From a virus, in IMG/VR virus record IMGVR_UViG_3300007734_000760, positions 1 through 64,000 of that record: a stretch of DNA of 64,000 nucleotides; one strand, written 5' to 3'. The notes beneath the pieces are model-generated. The model saw only the letters and a program-made list of their open reading frames with translations, was not told the origin of the DNA and made no database searches. Below are positions 34,753-43,965 of the stretch, piece after piece (position 1 is the first letter of the stretch; every line of letters starts with the position of its first letter). The position numbers and the translations under genes were made by a program.

Positions 34753-37341
34753 TTATTGGAAAGCAAAAAACTTTTTAACATTTGGATTAAGAGTTGGAAA
34801 CTCCCACTTTAAATCATTATACAACGATTTTAATTTATTAGCTAATAATGAGTCAAATATTTCCTCAACATCAATATATGTTTTAACAAATTCTTCTATT
34901 TCGGGGGGCACTTGGGCATTTGGAACACCTATTGTTTCTATGTTAAATGGATTTTGTTTTAAATTAATTACAAATAATTTATCTCCTTCAATAATAGATT
35001 CATATTTTTTGTCTAACTTTTTAAATTTAAGTAAATCATTGTAACGAACCGCAGCTTTTGTGTTAAAAGGCGCTTTTAATTTAAATCGACTAAATATTTC
35101 TCCAGTGTTTGCTTTAATTTGATAATTTGTTATTTGTTTTACTCCTGTAGGTTTGCCTAGTACTTTAGGATCTAATGTTTTAAGTGATTTATAAAAGTCA
35201 ACTATTGAATTGTCTATTTCAGTTTTATCTTTACCAAATAAAACATTCTTAATAAAGTCTTCACCAAACTTTTTAAATAATTTATTCATGTTAGACTTCA
35301 TTAATTCAAGTCCTTTCATGTCTAATTCATCAACTGGTACTCCTTCTTTGTTAGTAACGTACATTGCATAACGACGTTTACCTGTAGTTAATACTCCAGC
35401 ACATATTACTTCTTGTTTTAGTTGAAAATGGTGAGTATCTGGAGTTATGTTAAATAAACGCTTACTTAACTCATTTAAATAAAAATTAGCATCATTTTGG
35501 ATTTCTTGAGCTAATGTTAATATAAAATTATTTTTTTCTTCAGGTTTAAAATTTGGATGTCTAAATTTAAGTAAATCACCTAACACAATGTATAATGAAT
35601 CAGTATCTGAAATGCAAATATTTTGTTTTTCTTCTTTTATTTCAGTATTAATTTTATCATTTACAAACACAATAGATTCTTGTGTTAATCTTTGACCACT
35701 GTTAGTTATAGCAGCACTACAAATTAAATGTCCATCAGTGTATCTCCAACCGTTTTTAGCAAATGTACCATACATTGCGTTCTGTAAAATCTTAAATGAA
35801 TGTTGAAATAAATCATATAATTTATAATTTGCCCAATCCTCTGCTTTACCAGCTGTTTTCTTTAGTCCTCTATAGTGCTCTCGTTTTTCAAACCAACCTG
35901 CTAAAATAGTTGACACAACACTTTTTTCATTAGTGTCAAATATAGCTCCAGAGGCAGCAATTGTGTAATCATTTTGTTCAATTAAATTAATTACATCTTT
36001 TAATTTTACTTGTGCTGCTTTTAAAGTATAATTCTTTTTATTTAATTTTTCAATTATAATTAGTTCTTCAGGATTTCTTTCTTTAAGTTTTTCTAATGAA
36101 TGATTTTGTTCATAAGTTGGATTATCTTCTATTTTAATTCTACCTATTAGTGTTTCAATGCCTAAATTAAGTGATTTAATAATAGATGGATACAGTGATG
36201 TAAAGTCTAAGTCAATAACATCAAAATACAAACCAGGTATTGGTTCTAGTAAATACCCACCAGCATAAGATATATTCACCGCTTTTAAAGCGGGATTATG
36301 AGTAGTTGGCTTATTTGGTGATATTATACCTTCTCGTTTTAAATGTTTTAATATTGCGCCTTCATTCATAACTGTATTATAATACACACTTTCATAAGGT
36401 ATATTACAAATATGAGAAATCATTATTGTTAATTCGATAAATTTTAATTTTTCTTCTAATTTCTCAATAATTTCAACATCACGTAAGTTATAGTCTATAA
36501 AACGATTTATGTCATTTTTAAATAAAGTATTTAAATTACCTTCATATTCTACTTTACCTAAATTAACATATTTAGTTCCTATGTCTCCTAATTTATATGA
36601 TGATTCTTCCTTCATAATGTACTTTTTATGAAGTAACATATAGTCTAAGTGATTTATTCCTCCTATAGTTACTTGTAAAGCACCTGCAAATTCTCTAAAA
36701 CTTACTTTTCTAATAGGAGACATTCTGTTTATTTCATTTTCACCTAATATTTGTTTAATTCTAAAGTACATATAAGGAATGTCAAAGTAAGCTGAATTGT
36801 ATCCTACTACTATTGTTGGATCTAATTCTTCCCATTTGTCTAAGAATTTTTTAACTAATTCTTTTTCTGAGTAGCAAGGAATAATATGTTTACCATCTTG
36901 AATTGTTTCTTGTATTTCTTTACTTTTATCTACAATAAAACAAATATATTGTTTAGTAGTAACATCTCTTAAAGCAATAGATGTGATAGGCATAGGAGCA
37001 GCTTTAATATATTCAGGTGTTAAAGCACCTCCCATTTCAATCTCAATGTCTAAATAAACAATGTTATGCCAAGAAGGAACAACATCATCTAATTTATAAT
37101 ATAGCTCTCGTAATACTAATAATGATTTATCAATGTCCTTTTCTAGTAAATTAGGATCTTCTTTGTCTAATTTTTTAGTAGGAACAGCCCATCCTCCAGT
37201 TAAAACAGGTTGAGCATTTTCTTGCCATTTATCAACACGTTTCCAATAAGTTGGTTGATATTGAAATTCAGACCAACCAATTTCATCATCACGAAGATAA
37301 TAAGTATAGGTTTTAAAATCGTAGTAAACACTTTGATACAC
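34753..37341 (-). CDS. Family B DNA polymerase (gp43-like)
   Basis: Exo I DIE, Exo II GYNS..FDIPY, Exo III YN..DV; DFTSLYPS, K...N.MYG, DTDS, KRRYA; GTG start. Confidence 0.96.
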   Translation of the reverse strand: MYQSVYYDFKTYTYYLRDDEIGWSEFQYQPTYWKRVDKWQENAQPVLTGGWAVPTKKLDKEDPNLLEKDIDKSLLVLRELYYKLDDVVPSWHNIVYLDIEIEMGGALTPEYIKAAPMPITSIALRDVTTKQYICFIVDKSKEIQETIQDGKHIIPCYSEKELVKKFLDKWEELDPTIVVGYNSAYFDIPYMYFRIKQILGENEINRMSPIRKVSFREFAGALQVTIGGINHLDYMLLHKKYIMKEESSYKLGDIGTKYVNLGKVEYEGNLNTLFKNDINRFIDYNLRDVEIIEKLEEKLKFIELTIMISHICNIPYESVYYNTVMNEGAILKHLKREGIISPNKPTTHNPALKAVNISYAGGYLLEPIPGLYFDVIDLDFTSLYPSIIKSLNLGIETLIGRIKIEDNPTYEQNHSLEKLKERNPEELIIIEKLNKKNYTLKAAQVKLKDVINLIEQNDYTIAASGAIFDTNEKSVVSTILAGWFEKREHYRGLKKTAGKAEDWANYKLYDLFQHSFKILQNAMYGTFAKNGWRYTDGHLICSAAITNSGQRLTQESIVFVNDKINTEIKEEKQNICISDTDSLYIVLGDLLKFRHPNFKPEEKNNFILTLAQEIQNDANFYLNELSKRLFNITPDTHHFQLKQEVICAGVLTTGKRRYAMYVTNKEGVPVDELDMKGLELMKSNMNKLFKKFGEDFIKNVLFGKDKTEIDNSIVDFYKSLKTLDPKVLGKPTGVKQITNYQIKANTGEIFSRFKLKAPFNTKAAVRYNDLLKFKKLDKKYESIIEGDKLFVINLKQNPFNIETIGVPNAQVPPEIEEFVKTYIDVEEIFDSLLANKLKSLYNDLKWEFPTLNPNVKKFFAFQ

Positions 37342-37814
37342 TAGAAAAATTTCTTAAGATCTGGTTTGAAATAATTTATTGATTTCATTACTTTCATATC
37401 ATCTCTATAGACAATCCAATTGTCTCCTACTTTTACATAATGGCATGGACGACCTTGTTCAGCAGAACGTTTAATAACTGTTAAACGTGCTTCTTCTTCA
37501 GTTTTACAAACTTTAGATAAATTAGATGCTTGTACTTCAGCATAACCTTCTTCAATTTTGTCTTTTAAACCAAATACTAAAGCTCCATTTCCTAATCCTA
37601 CATAAGTAATATCTAAAATAGCATCAAGTACTCCTACAATATTGTTTTCTTCTACTGCTTGTTTTAATTCATCAAGTTCTTCTTGAATAAAATTAATTAC
37701 AAAATCAGCATCTGATTTATCAATAGTTGGAGTGGTTCTATTTTGCCACTCTTTACCCATTATAATGTTAAACTCCTCTACTTCGGAGATAAACGGTACG
37801 TGTTTTTTTTCCAT
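37341..37814 (-). CDS. MazG/PRA-PH-like NTP pyrophosphohydrolase
   Basis: IQEELDEL, DAILDITYV, EV..SNLSK, KVMKS..Y..PDL. Confidence 0.85.
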   Translation of the reverse strand: MEKKHVPFISEVEEFNIIMGKEWQNRTTPTIDKSDADFVINFIQEELDELKQAVEENNIVGVLDAILDITYVGLGNGALVFGLKDKIEEGYAEVQASNLSKVCKTEEEARLTVIKRSAEQGRPCHYVKVGDNWIVYRDDMKVMKSINYFKPDLKKFF

Positions 37815-37816
37815 GT

Positions 37817-38119
37817 TTATATGTTTGTTAATATTAAATAAGATATTTTATATCCAGCAAATGCTCCTAAAGCAGATGGAATTGGAAATACAATTAATTG
37901 TCCTAAAGAAGTAACATATTTTGGTCTGTTAACTATTTTACCCATAAAAAAGTAATATGCTATGTAACCTACTAAAACAGCTAAATCAGCTTTAGTAGCA
38001 ATAAATACCACTAATGTTGCTCCTATAAAACCAAATGTAAAGTTATCTCTTACACCTTCCCATATTTCTAAGGCTGATGCATCTTTATATTCTTTAATTA
38101 TCTTTTTGTATCTTGCCAT
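37817..38119 (-). CDS. Small multi-TM membrane protein
   Basis: Probable start MARYKK at 38119; three hydrophobic segments. Confidence 0.65.
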   Translation of the reverse strand: MARYKKIIKEYKDASALEIWEGVRDNFTFGFIGATLVVFIATKADLAVLVGYIAYYFFMGKIVNRPKYVTSLGQLIVFPIPSALGAFAGYKISYLILTNI

Positions 38120-38249
38120 CTTGTTTTGGTTCTTCATCAAATAAATCTTCACCCTTATAGTCTGGATGATTTTTATGCATGTAATCTATTCCGTTAACCC
38201 ATACTATGGCTACTAACATTACTATTGTAAACGCTGCGAATTGTATCAT
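38094..38249 (-). CDS. 51-aa membrane peptide (absent from the ORF track)
   Basis: MIQFAAFTIVMLVAIVWVNGIDYMHKNHPDYKGEDLF...; ATGA overlap with the upstream gene. Confidence 0.65.
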   Translation of the reverse strand: MIQFAAFTIVMLVAIVWVNGIDYMHKNHPDYKGEDLFDEEPKQDGKIQKDN

Positions 38250-38485
38250 TGTTCTATTTTTATTTGGTTTGTATCAGATTTTATTTTTTCTATCCATTGA
38301 ATTTTTTTAACTTTAATTGTATCATAGTATAGTACTTTTACTTTAATTGTATCATAATATTTTTCTGGCTTTTCTATAAGTGGTGGTTTTACTTCATATG
38401 AACTTAAAGTAACAACTATTATTATAAGTAATGGAGTTAATATAATAAATAATCCTGAGTAAAACAAGCTATTAAATTTTTTCAT
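38246..38485 (-). CDS. Membrane-anchored protein with duplicated YYDTIKVK
   Basis: N-terminal TM; ~24-nt internal duplication. Confidence 0.6.
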   Translation of the reverse strand: MKKFNSLFYSGLFIILTPLLIIIVVTLSSYEVKPPLIEKPEKYYDTIKVKVLYYDTIKVKKIQWIEKIKSDTNQIKIEQ

Positions 38486-38885
38486 GAGTTAAGTTTTTAT
38501 AAATGTTAGATAATGAATGTTTTACATTTGAGCGTATTTCTGTTTCCATTTTTTCTCTACGTTTTTCTACTTCAATGTCAAATATATTTGATATTAAATC
38601 ATATGTTTTAGTCCAAATATTAATATTATAACTGTATTGATGATTTACAATTGTAAGTTGTTTTGATTCAATAATAATAAATAATTGACTGTCACCACTT
38701 TCAATGTATCTTTTACCTGATATAGGAGAAATAAGTAATGTACTATCTTCTTGATGTATTAATTCTTTACAAATAGTTATACTTTCTTTCTCATACTCAT
38801 TAAAATGAGTATCTTGTTTAGGATTCATTGTTTTAAACAATTTAAGAGCTGTTTTTTGAAATAATCTTTTTAATTTATGTTTCAT
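38472..38885 (-). CDS. Hypothetical protein (LLISPISGKRYI motif)
   Basis: ORF track. Confidence 0.65.
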   Translation of the reverse strand: MKHKLKRLFQKTALKLFKTMNPKQDTHFNEYEKESITICKELIHQEDSTLLISPISGKRYIESGDSQLFIIIESKQLTIVNHQYSYNINIWTKTYDLISNIFDIEVEKRREKMETEIRSNVKHSLSNIYKNLTHEKI

Positions 38886-38898
38886 AACCTTTTTTTAT

Positions 38899-39192
38899 TT
38901 ATTTTATAATGTAATAACCTAATCCAATACTGTTTATAACAAATATCCATTTATAAATTTTTTGTCTTTTAAGTTGTTTTTTTGTTTTAACAAGACTTTC
39001 ATTTAATAAATCAATTTCAATTAATTTTGCTTTTAAATTAGTATTTTGAAAATTTATATTATTTTGTAATTTAACTTCTAATTTTTTATACATGTTAATT
39101 GTTCTTACATAATCAACAGAATCCATATGTTTAGTTTGTGATAACGTTGTTAAACTTAATAACAACATAGTATATAATAATATATTTTTCAT
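38899..39192 (-). CDS. Signal-peptide, coiled-coil protein with hydrophobic C-terminus
   Basis: Sequence composition. Confidence 0.55.
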   Translation of the reverse strand: MKNILLYTMLLLSLTTLSQTKHMDSVDYVRTINMYKKLEVKLQNNINFQNTNLKAKLIEIDLLNESLVKTKKQLKRQKIYKWIFVINSIGLGYYIIK

Positions 39193-39350
39193 GTTTTGTT
39201 TCCGTTAGTAAAAAACCATGCAAAGTGTTTATTAAACCAATGTTCTAATTTTATTAGTTTTATTTTCATATTTTACCCCACCCTTGATGAATCATACATT
39301 TAATTCTATATGACTCGATTAGTGTTAAAAATTTAATTATTTTTTTCATA

Positions 39351-39704
39351 TTATTTTATTATTCTTATTCCTTTATAATTAGTGTTAACAAACTTAATTA
39401 GTTTATTATTCCATTCTATATTCTTTTTGTTTTGTACTATTAATGTTTCTAATGTATTAATTCCATGTATTGATTCATAGTGCTCTTTACTTTTATAATC
39501 TTTTGAACGATCACAAGTACTGTTTATTGGTATAGCAGTTGCTTTTTCCCAAACTACAATTTTTGCTACTGGTTCATCTAAATAATATATTATATTTTTA
39601 TTTACTGACCATTCATCTAATTCATCAATAAGTAACTCAGGTTGAACTGTACATCTAATTAATAGAATTAATAGAATTAATAATATAGATAATACTTTTT
39701 TCAT
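39351..39704 (-). CDS. Exported or lipoprotein-like hypothetical protein
   Basis: MKK + long hydrophobic stretch + Cys. Confidence 0.55.
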   Translation of the reverse strand: MKKVLSILLILLILLIRCTVQPELLIDELDEWSVNKNIIYYLDEPVAKIVVWEKATAIPINSTCDRSKDYKSKEHYESIHGINTLETLIVQNKKNIEWNNKLIKFVNTNYKGIRIIK

Positions 39705-39964
39705 TTGTGTTTTTGTTTAATTGAATCATACTTATGACCCCAATAACTAATTTCAGATTCTTTAAATTGTAGTTCATCTCTTAAAAAGTGTATTTGATCT
39801 TTTTGATCTACAATAATTTCATTTAGTGAGTCTACTAAATCTGTACAAATGTCTTTTTTATTTTCATTAGATCTATTTGTGTTTATTGTATCTACTTCTA
39901 AAATTATACAATTTATAAATACAATTGCTCCAAAAAATAATATTGTGCTTTTAATTGATGTCAT
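39701..39964 (-). CDS. TM-anchored coiled-coil protein
   Basis: Sequence composition. Confidence 0.55.
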   Translation of the reverse strand: MTSIKSTILFFGAIVFINCIILEVDTINTNRSNENKKDICTDLVDSLNEIIVDQKDQIHFLRDELQFKESEISYWGHKYDSIKQKHK

Positions 39965-39967
39965 AAT

Positions 39968-40600
39968 TTAAAATTTAGTGCCATTCATTTCAATAGCGTG
40001 TAAAAATTCTTCTCTAATCATATTACTTTTTTCCATAAATACGCCACTAAATTTATTTGTAGTCATTACAGATGGATGTTTAATTCCTCTATGTGAACAA
40101 CAAGTGTGTTTACAAGCAACACTTACTGCTACAGATCTACATTCCATTTTATTAGCTATATAATCATGAATTTGTTGTGTTAATGATTCTTGCATTTGTG
40201 GTCTACGAGCAAACCATTCTACAATACGATTTAGTTTTGATAAACCAATTACTTTTTCACTAGGCACATAAGCTACAGTAGCAAATCCTGTAAATGCTAA
40301 ATTATGGTGAGCACACATACTAGTAATAGGAATACCTGATTGAATTACTAATCCATCATAATTTTCATCATTTGGAAAAGTAGTAATGTTTGGTTCATTT
40401 GACACTGATCCTACAATTAAGTCTTTTAACCATGCTTTTGCTACTCGACGTGGTGTATCTTCTGTTTGTTTATCAGCTGTAAAATCAAAACCTACTGCTT
40501 TTAAAAAATGTCCATAATGTAATTCAGCTTCACTAATCATTTGTTCTATTTCTTCCGGAGTACGAGCTATACTACCATTTGATTTTTTTAATAATTCCAT
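39968..40600 (-). CDS. folE: GTP cyclohydrolase I
   Basis: TPRRVAK, SMCAHH, GLSKLNRIVE.FARRPQMQE, H.C...RG. Confidence 0.95.
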   Translation of the reverse strand: MELLKKSNGSIARTPEEIEQMISEAELHYGHFLKAVGFDFTADKQTEDTPRRVAKAWLKDLIVGSVSNEPNITTFPNDENYDGLVIQSGIPITSMCAHHNLAFTGFATVAYVPSEKVIGLSKLNRIVEWFARRPQMQESLTQQIHDYIANKMECRSVAVSVACKHTCCSHRGIKHPSVMTTNKFSGVFMEKSNMIREEFLHAIEMNGTKF

Positions 40601-40617
40601 TTTTTATTTTATTTAAT

Positions 40618-40649
40618 TAAATATAAGTATTTTATTTTTGGAAGCCTAA
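40618..40649 (-). promoter_or_regulatory. Class I promoter
   Basis: TTAGGCTTCC...TATATTTA, 20-nt spacer. Confidence 0.75.
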
Positions 40650-40651
40650 CT

Positions 40652-41428
40652 TTATACTCCTCTTTTATCATTATAAGCTACAATGTGAGCTCTTCCAGTA
40701 AAATTATATCCTCTTTTAATACACTCCTCCATCACATAAGGATAGTTGGGTTGTAGTTTGTCTAAAGTATCTCCTGCAGGCATAACCCATACTTTGTTTT
40801 TAGGTATGCTGTGTGTTGTAATAAACTCTTCTATTTCATTCCATACTTCAGGATCATTTCTATCTACAACTGGTTTGAAATGATAATCTAAATGATAGCT
40901 TAACATGTTTTTAATTGCTTCATGATTCATTCTAAACTTGTTATGTTGTGTAATAATCTTTTCATCTACAGCTACTCCTAATGGTGTTTCAGTTCCTAAT
41001 TTTGGAATTGAGTTTTTAAACTTAGGTGATAATGATATTAAATCTATTTTATAATTAGTTTCAACAAAATGACTTCCTTCAGTCTCTATTGTAACATGCA
41101 TTGATCTCATGTTCTTAGCCATAGTGACTAATTCATCTATTAACTTAGGATGCATAGTTGGAGAACCACCTGATATCATTAAATGATTGATTTGTGGATT
41201 AGTTTCAAATAATTCTTTAATAGCGTTAAGAGTCCAAGTTCCTTTTTCTGGATGAATACTTGTATACCAAGAATCACACCATCCTCCTTCACCAAAATAA
41301 CATCTGTGAGTACAGCCTGTTGTTCTAATTAAAAAGTTAGGATATCCTGCTTTTGAACCTTCAGTTTGAACACAAGTATATGCTTCAATGATAGGTTGAA
41401 TCTTATTGTAATCTAATTTATTTTCCAT
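40652..41428 (-). CDS. queE: 7-carboxy-7-deazaguanine synthase (radical SAM)
   Basis: VQTEG..AG....IRTTGC...C...WCDS, ISGGSP, IETEG, SLSPK, R.H. Confidence 0.9.
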   Translation of the reverse strand: MENKLDYNKIQPIIEAYTCVQTEGSKAGYPNFLIRTTGCTHRCYFGEGGWCDSWYTSIHPEKGTWTLNAIKELFETNPQINHLMISGGSPTMHPKLIDELVTMAKNMRSMHVTIETEGSHFVETNYKIDLISLSPKFKNSIPKLGTETPLGVAVDEKIITQHNKFRMNHEAIKNMLSYHLDYHFKPVVDRNDPEVWNEIEEFITTHSIPKNKVWVMPAGDTLDKLQPNYPYVMEECIKRGYNFTGRAHIVAYNDKRGV

Positions 41429-41445
41429 TTATTATATTTTTTATT

Positions 41446-42015
41446 TTAAATTGCTGCAAATCTTACCATACATCCTATGTATCCTATTGGTCTATATTCT
41501 TCAGGATTATCCAATACTTTTTCTAACATATTACGAATCATTTGTTTATCATCTTCATATGTTCTTACCGGAGCATCAATGTCTTGAGGAAAATCAGGTG
41601 ACCAAGATATAGTAATACTTTGTTTAGGCTCAAATGTTTCTGAATCGTATATTGTGGGTGCAAATACACACCCATCTTTTACTGGTTTGTACATTTCTCC
41701 TGATTGATACATTTTTGGTGTAAATCCTACAGTGTAAACATATCCTACTTTATGTTTATAAGTTGGATTTTCTAAATCAGATATTCTTATAGATTTCACA
41801 ACAAATGGTGTTTTTCCGTCTTCTGCAATACCTGCAGGCAACTCTATCCATATAATTTTATCAAACTCAAAATGTTTAATTAGTTGTACTTCAATTTGAA
41901 CACGCTGTTCTTCGGTTAAATTGTTTACACCATATACTCCTGAAAAAGGTGTTAGTGGGTCAACTTTACTGCTTTCACATATTGATAATAGTTTTTCTGT
42001 TAAATTTGATTTCAT
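41446..42015 (-). CDS. Unknown protein inside the que cluster
   Basis: 189-aa ORF with no recognised motif. Confidence 0.7.
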   Translation of the reverse strand: MKSNLTEKLLSICESSKVDPLTPFSGVYGVNNLTEEQRVQIEVQLIKHFEFDKIIWIELPAGIAEDGKTPFVVKSIRISDLENPTYKHKVGYVYTVGFTPKMYQSGEMYKPVKDGCVFAPTIYDSETFEPKQSITISWSPDFPQDIDAPVRTYEDDKQMIRNMLEKVLDNPEEYRPIGYIGCMVRFAAI

Positions 42016-42026
42016 GATTTATTTTT

Positions 42027-42104
42027 TTAATAATTTTTACCATATATGTAATTTATTTTAATGTCTCCGAATGTGGTTGTTGTAATCCAATAACTATTCT
42101 CCAT
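42027..42104 (-). CDS. 25-aa peptide MENSYWITTTTFGDIKINYIYGKNY (absent from the ORF track)
   Basis: Fills the gap after queD. Confidence 0.4.
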   Translation of the reverse strand: MENSYWITTTTFGDIKINYIYGKNY

Positions 42105-42561
42105 AACTTGCACTGTTTCTTTCATGTTCATAAACTTCTACTTTTACTGCTTTAACTCTTCCATTTGTTTCTTCAAACAAAAACTTATTAATTGCTTCAT
42201 ACAAATACTCAGCAAACTTTTCACATCCAGTTGCTGAAATTACTCTTAGTTGAATGATACCGTCCTTATCCATTTGAATAAACTTATCTAAATAAGGATC
42301 ATCTTGAGCTACAACAACAGTATGATCTAGAAGATAATTAAAATAGTCTTTAGGAGACATTCCATTAATTTGTGTTTTAGATCTCTTCATTCCACCAAAG
42401 TCCCATACCCAGTTTCTATAATCCAACTCACCTTCAAACCATACCCTAAAAGATATGGCATAACCATGTAAAAATTTACAATGTGTATCTTCTGCTTTCC
42501 ATTGACGAAAACAAGCACTGTATCCGTCAAATAATTTTGATGATGTAAATTTCTTATCCAT
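42094..42561 (-). CDS. queD: 6-carboxytetrahydropterin synthase
   Basis: HCKFLHGY, WVWDFG, LDH, CEKFAE, VEVYEH..NSA. Confidence 0.92.
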   Translation of the reverse strand: MDKKFTSSKLFDGYSACFRQWKAEDTHCKFLHGYAISFRVWFEGELDYRNWVWDFGGMKRSKTQINGMSPKDYFNYLLDHTVVVAQDDPYLDKFIQMDKDGIIQLRVISATGCEKFAEYLYEAINKFLFEETNGRVKAVKVEVYEHERNSASYGE

Positions 42562-42805
42562 TGATAAATTCTTTTATTTTGTTTTCAGATTGAGTACCTA
42601 CTATACGTTTAATTTCTTGACCGTTTTCTAACAAAATTAATGTTGGAACACTTTTTACTCCATAATCAGCTGTATAAGATACATCATAATCAGTATCTAT
42701 TTTATTAATAGGAATACCCATTTGTTTACTTATTTGTTCTACTGTTGGCTTCATTGCTTGACAAGCTGAGCACCAATTTGCTGAAAAGAAAATTAATTGT
42801 TTCAT
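42554..42805 (-). CDS. Thioredoxin
   Basis: FSANWCSACQAMKP, VKSVPTL. Confidence 0.9.
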   Translation of the reverse strand: MKQLIFFSANWCSACQAMKPTVEQISKQMGIPINKIDTDYDVSYTADYGVKSVPTLILLENGQEIKRIVGTQSENKIKEFING

Positions 42806-42807
42806 AT

Positions 42808-43665
42808 TTATTTTTTATAGTTGTTTAAAATTACTTTAACCCACACTGCTGCTTCATCCCAAGTTCTTGGAAGAAAATCACCGTTAGGCAATACTTCAGC
42901 ATACTCAATTGGATCTGGTCTTCCTATTTTTAAAAAAGCTTCAATACGTTCTATTGAAGATGCTGATCTATAATCTGAATACCATTTATTTGTTTCTTTA
43001 ATAAAAATAGGTTTATAAGATGTATTAGTACGTTTATATACTTCATCAAAATTTAATTTTAATTTGTCACAACATTCAACTCCATCTTTTAAAATATCAA
43101 ATTTATCTCCTAATAAATAAGGTGTATAAACATTTACTTTTTCAGCACCCCAATTACCTATTTTAAATGCTTCAAAATCAATATCTCTAAATTCTTGTCT
43201 ACAATCAGGATAAATACTATGATCACCAGCATGAATTCCCATTGCTATAGAACATTCAGTATTATTTTTATCTGCTATTGATAAAGCAACAGCTTGAATA
43301 ATACTTGAAAATATTTTATTACGATTAGGTACTACTGTATCTTTCATATTTTCTTCAGCGTAATGTCCTTCAGGAACATCTGCTCCACCTTCTACTAATG
43401 TAGAATTTAATAATTGACCTAAACCATCTATTTTGATAATTTGATGTTTAATATAATGTGGATAATCTACAGTTTTAGATTCTTCATCAATTATAAATGT
43501 TCCATTTAAATATTCTACTAATTCAGTAGCTCTTTCTAATTCAATTTTATGTTTTTGACCATAATCAAATGATAAAGCAGTTACCTCGTAACCGTTTGAT
43601 AATAAGTGGAGTAGTAATGTACTACTATCCATTCCTCCACTTAATGATAATACCGCGTGTTTCAT
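42808..43665 (-). CDS. queC: 7-cyano-7-deazaguanine synthase
   Basis: LSGGMDS, FDYGQKH..E, TVVPNRN, YPDCR.EF; probable start at 43665. Confidence 0.93.
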   Translation of the reverse strand: MKHAVLSLSGGMDSSTLLLHLLSNGYEVTALSFDYGQKHKIELERATELVEYLNGTFIIDEESKTVDYPHYIKHQIIKIDGLGQLLNSTLVEGGADVPEGHYAEENMKDTVVPNRNKIFSSIIQAVALSIADKNNTECSIAMGIHAGDHSIYPDCRQEFRDIDFEAFKIGNWGAEKVNVYTPYLLGDKFDILKDGVECCDKLKLNFDEVYKRTNTSYKPIFIKETNKWYSDYRSASSIERIEAFLKIGRPDPIEYAEVLPNGDFLPRTWDEAAVWVKVILNNYKK

Positions 43666-43666
43666 A

Positions 43667-43927
43667 TTAAAATGGAAGTTCATATCCATCTGAATCTTTA
43701 GATTCAAATGATGGTAAATTACTATCAGCTTTAATTCCGTTAAAGTACTCTGTTAAAAAACTACGTTCATATGTTAATACTTTACCTGTATACTTAGGAT
43801 TACTTACTTCTCTTTGTTTTACAGTTTTATTTAATTCTTTAGCTTTAGCATAAACTTCTTTACCTAAAGTTCCTCCTGCTGAATGTCCTAGAAATTCAAA
43901 CAGTGATATAAATTTTTCTTCTTCCAT
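43667..43927 (-). CDS. Hypothetical protein
   Basis: ORF track; first gene of the queC-trx-queD unit. Confidence 0.65.
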   Translation of the reverse strand: MEEEKFISLFEFLGHSAGGTLGKEVYAKAKELNKTVKQREVSNPKYTGKVLTYERSFLTEYFNGIKADSNLPSFESKDSDGYELPF

Positions 43928-43931
43928 AATT

Positions 43932-43963
43932 TAAATATAATAATTATTTTTTTGTAAGCCAAA
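43932..43963 (-). promoter_or_regulatory. Class I promoter
   Basis: TTTGGCTTAC...TATATTTA, 20-nt spacer. Confidence 0.8.
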
Positions 43964-43965
43964 CT

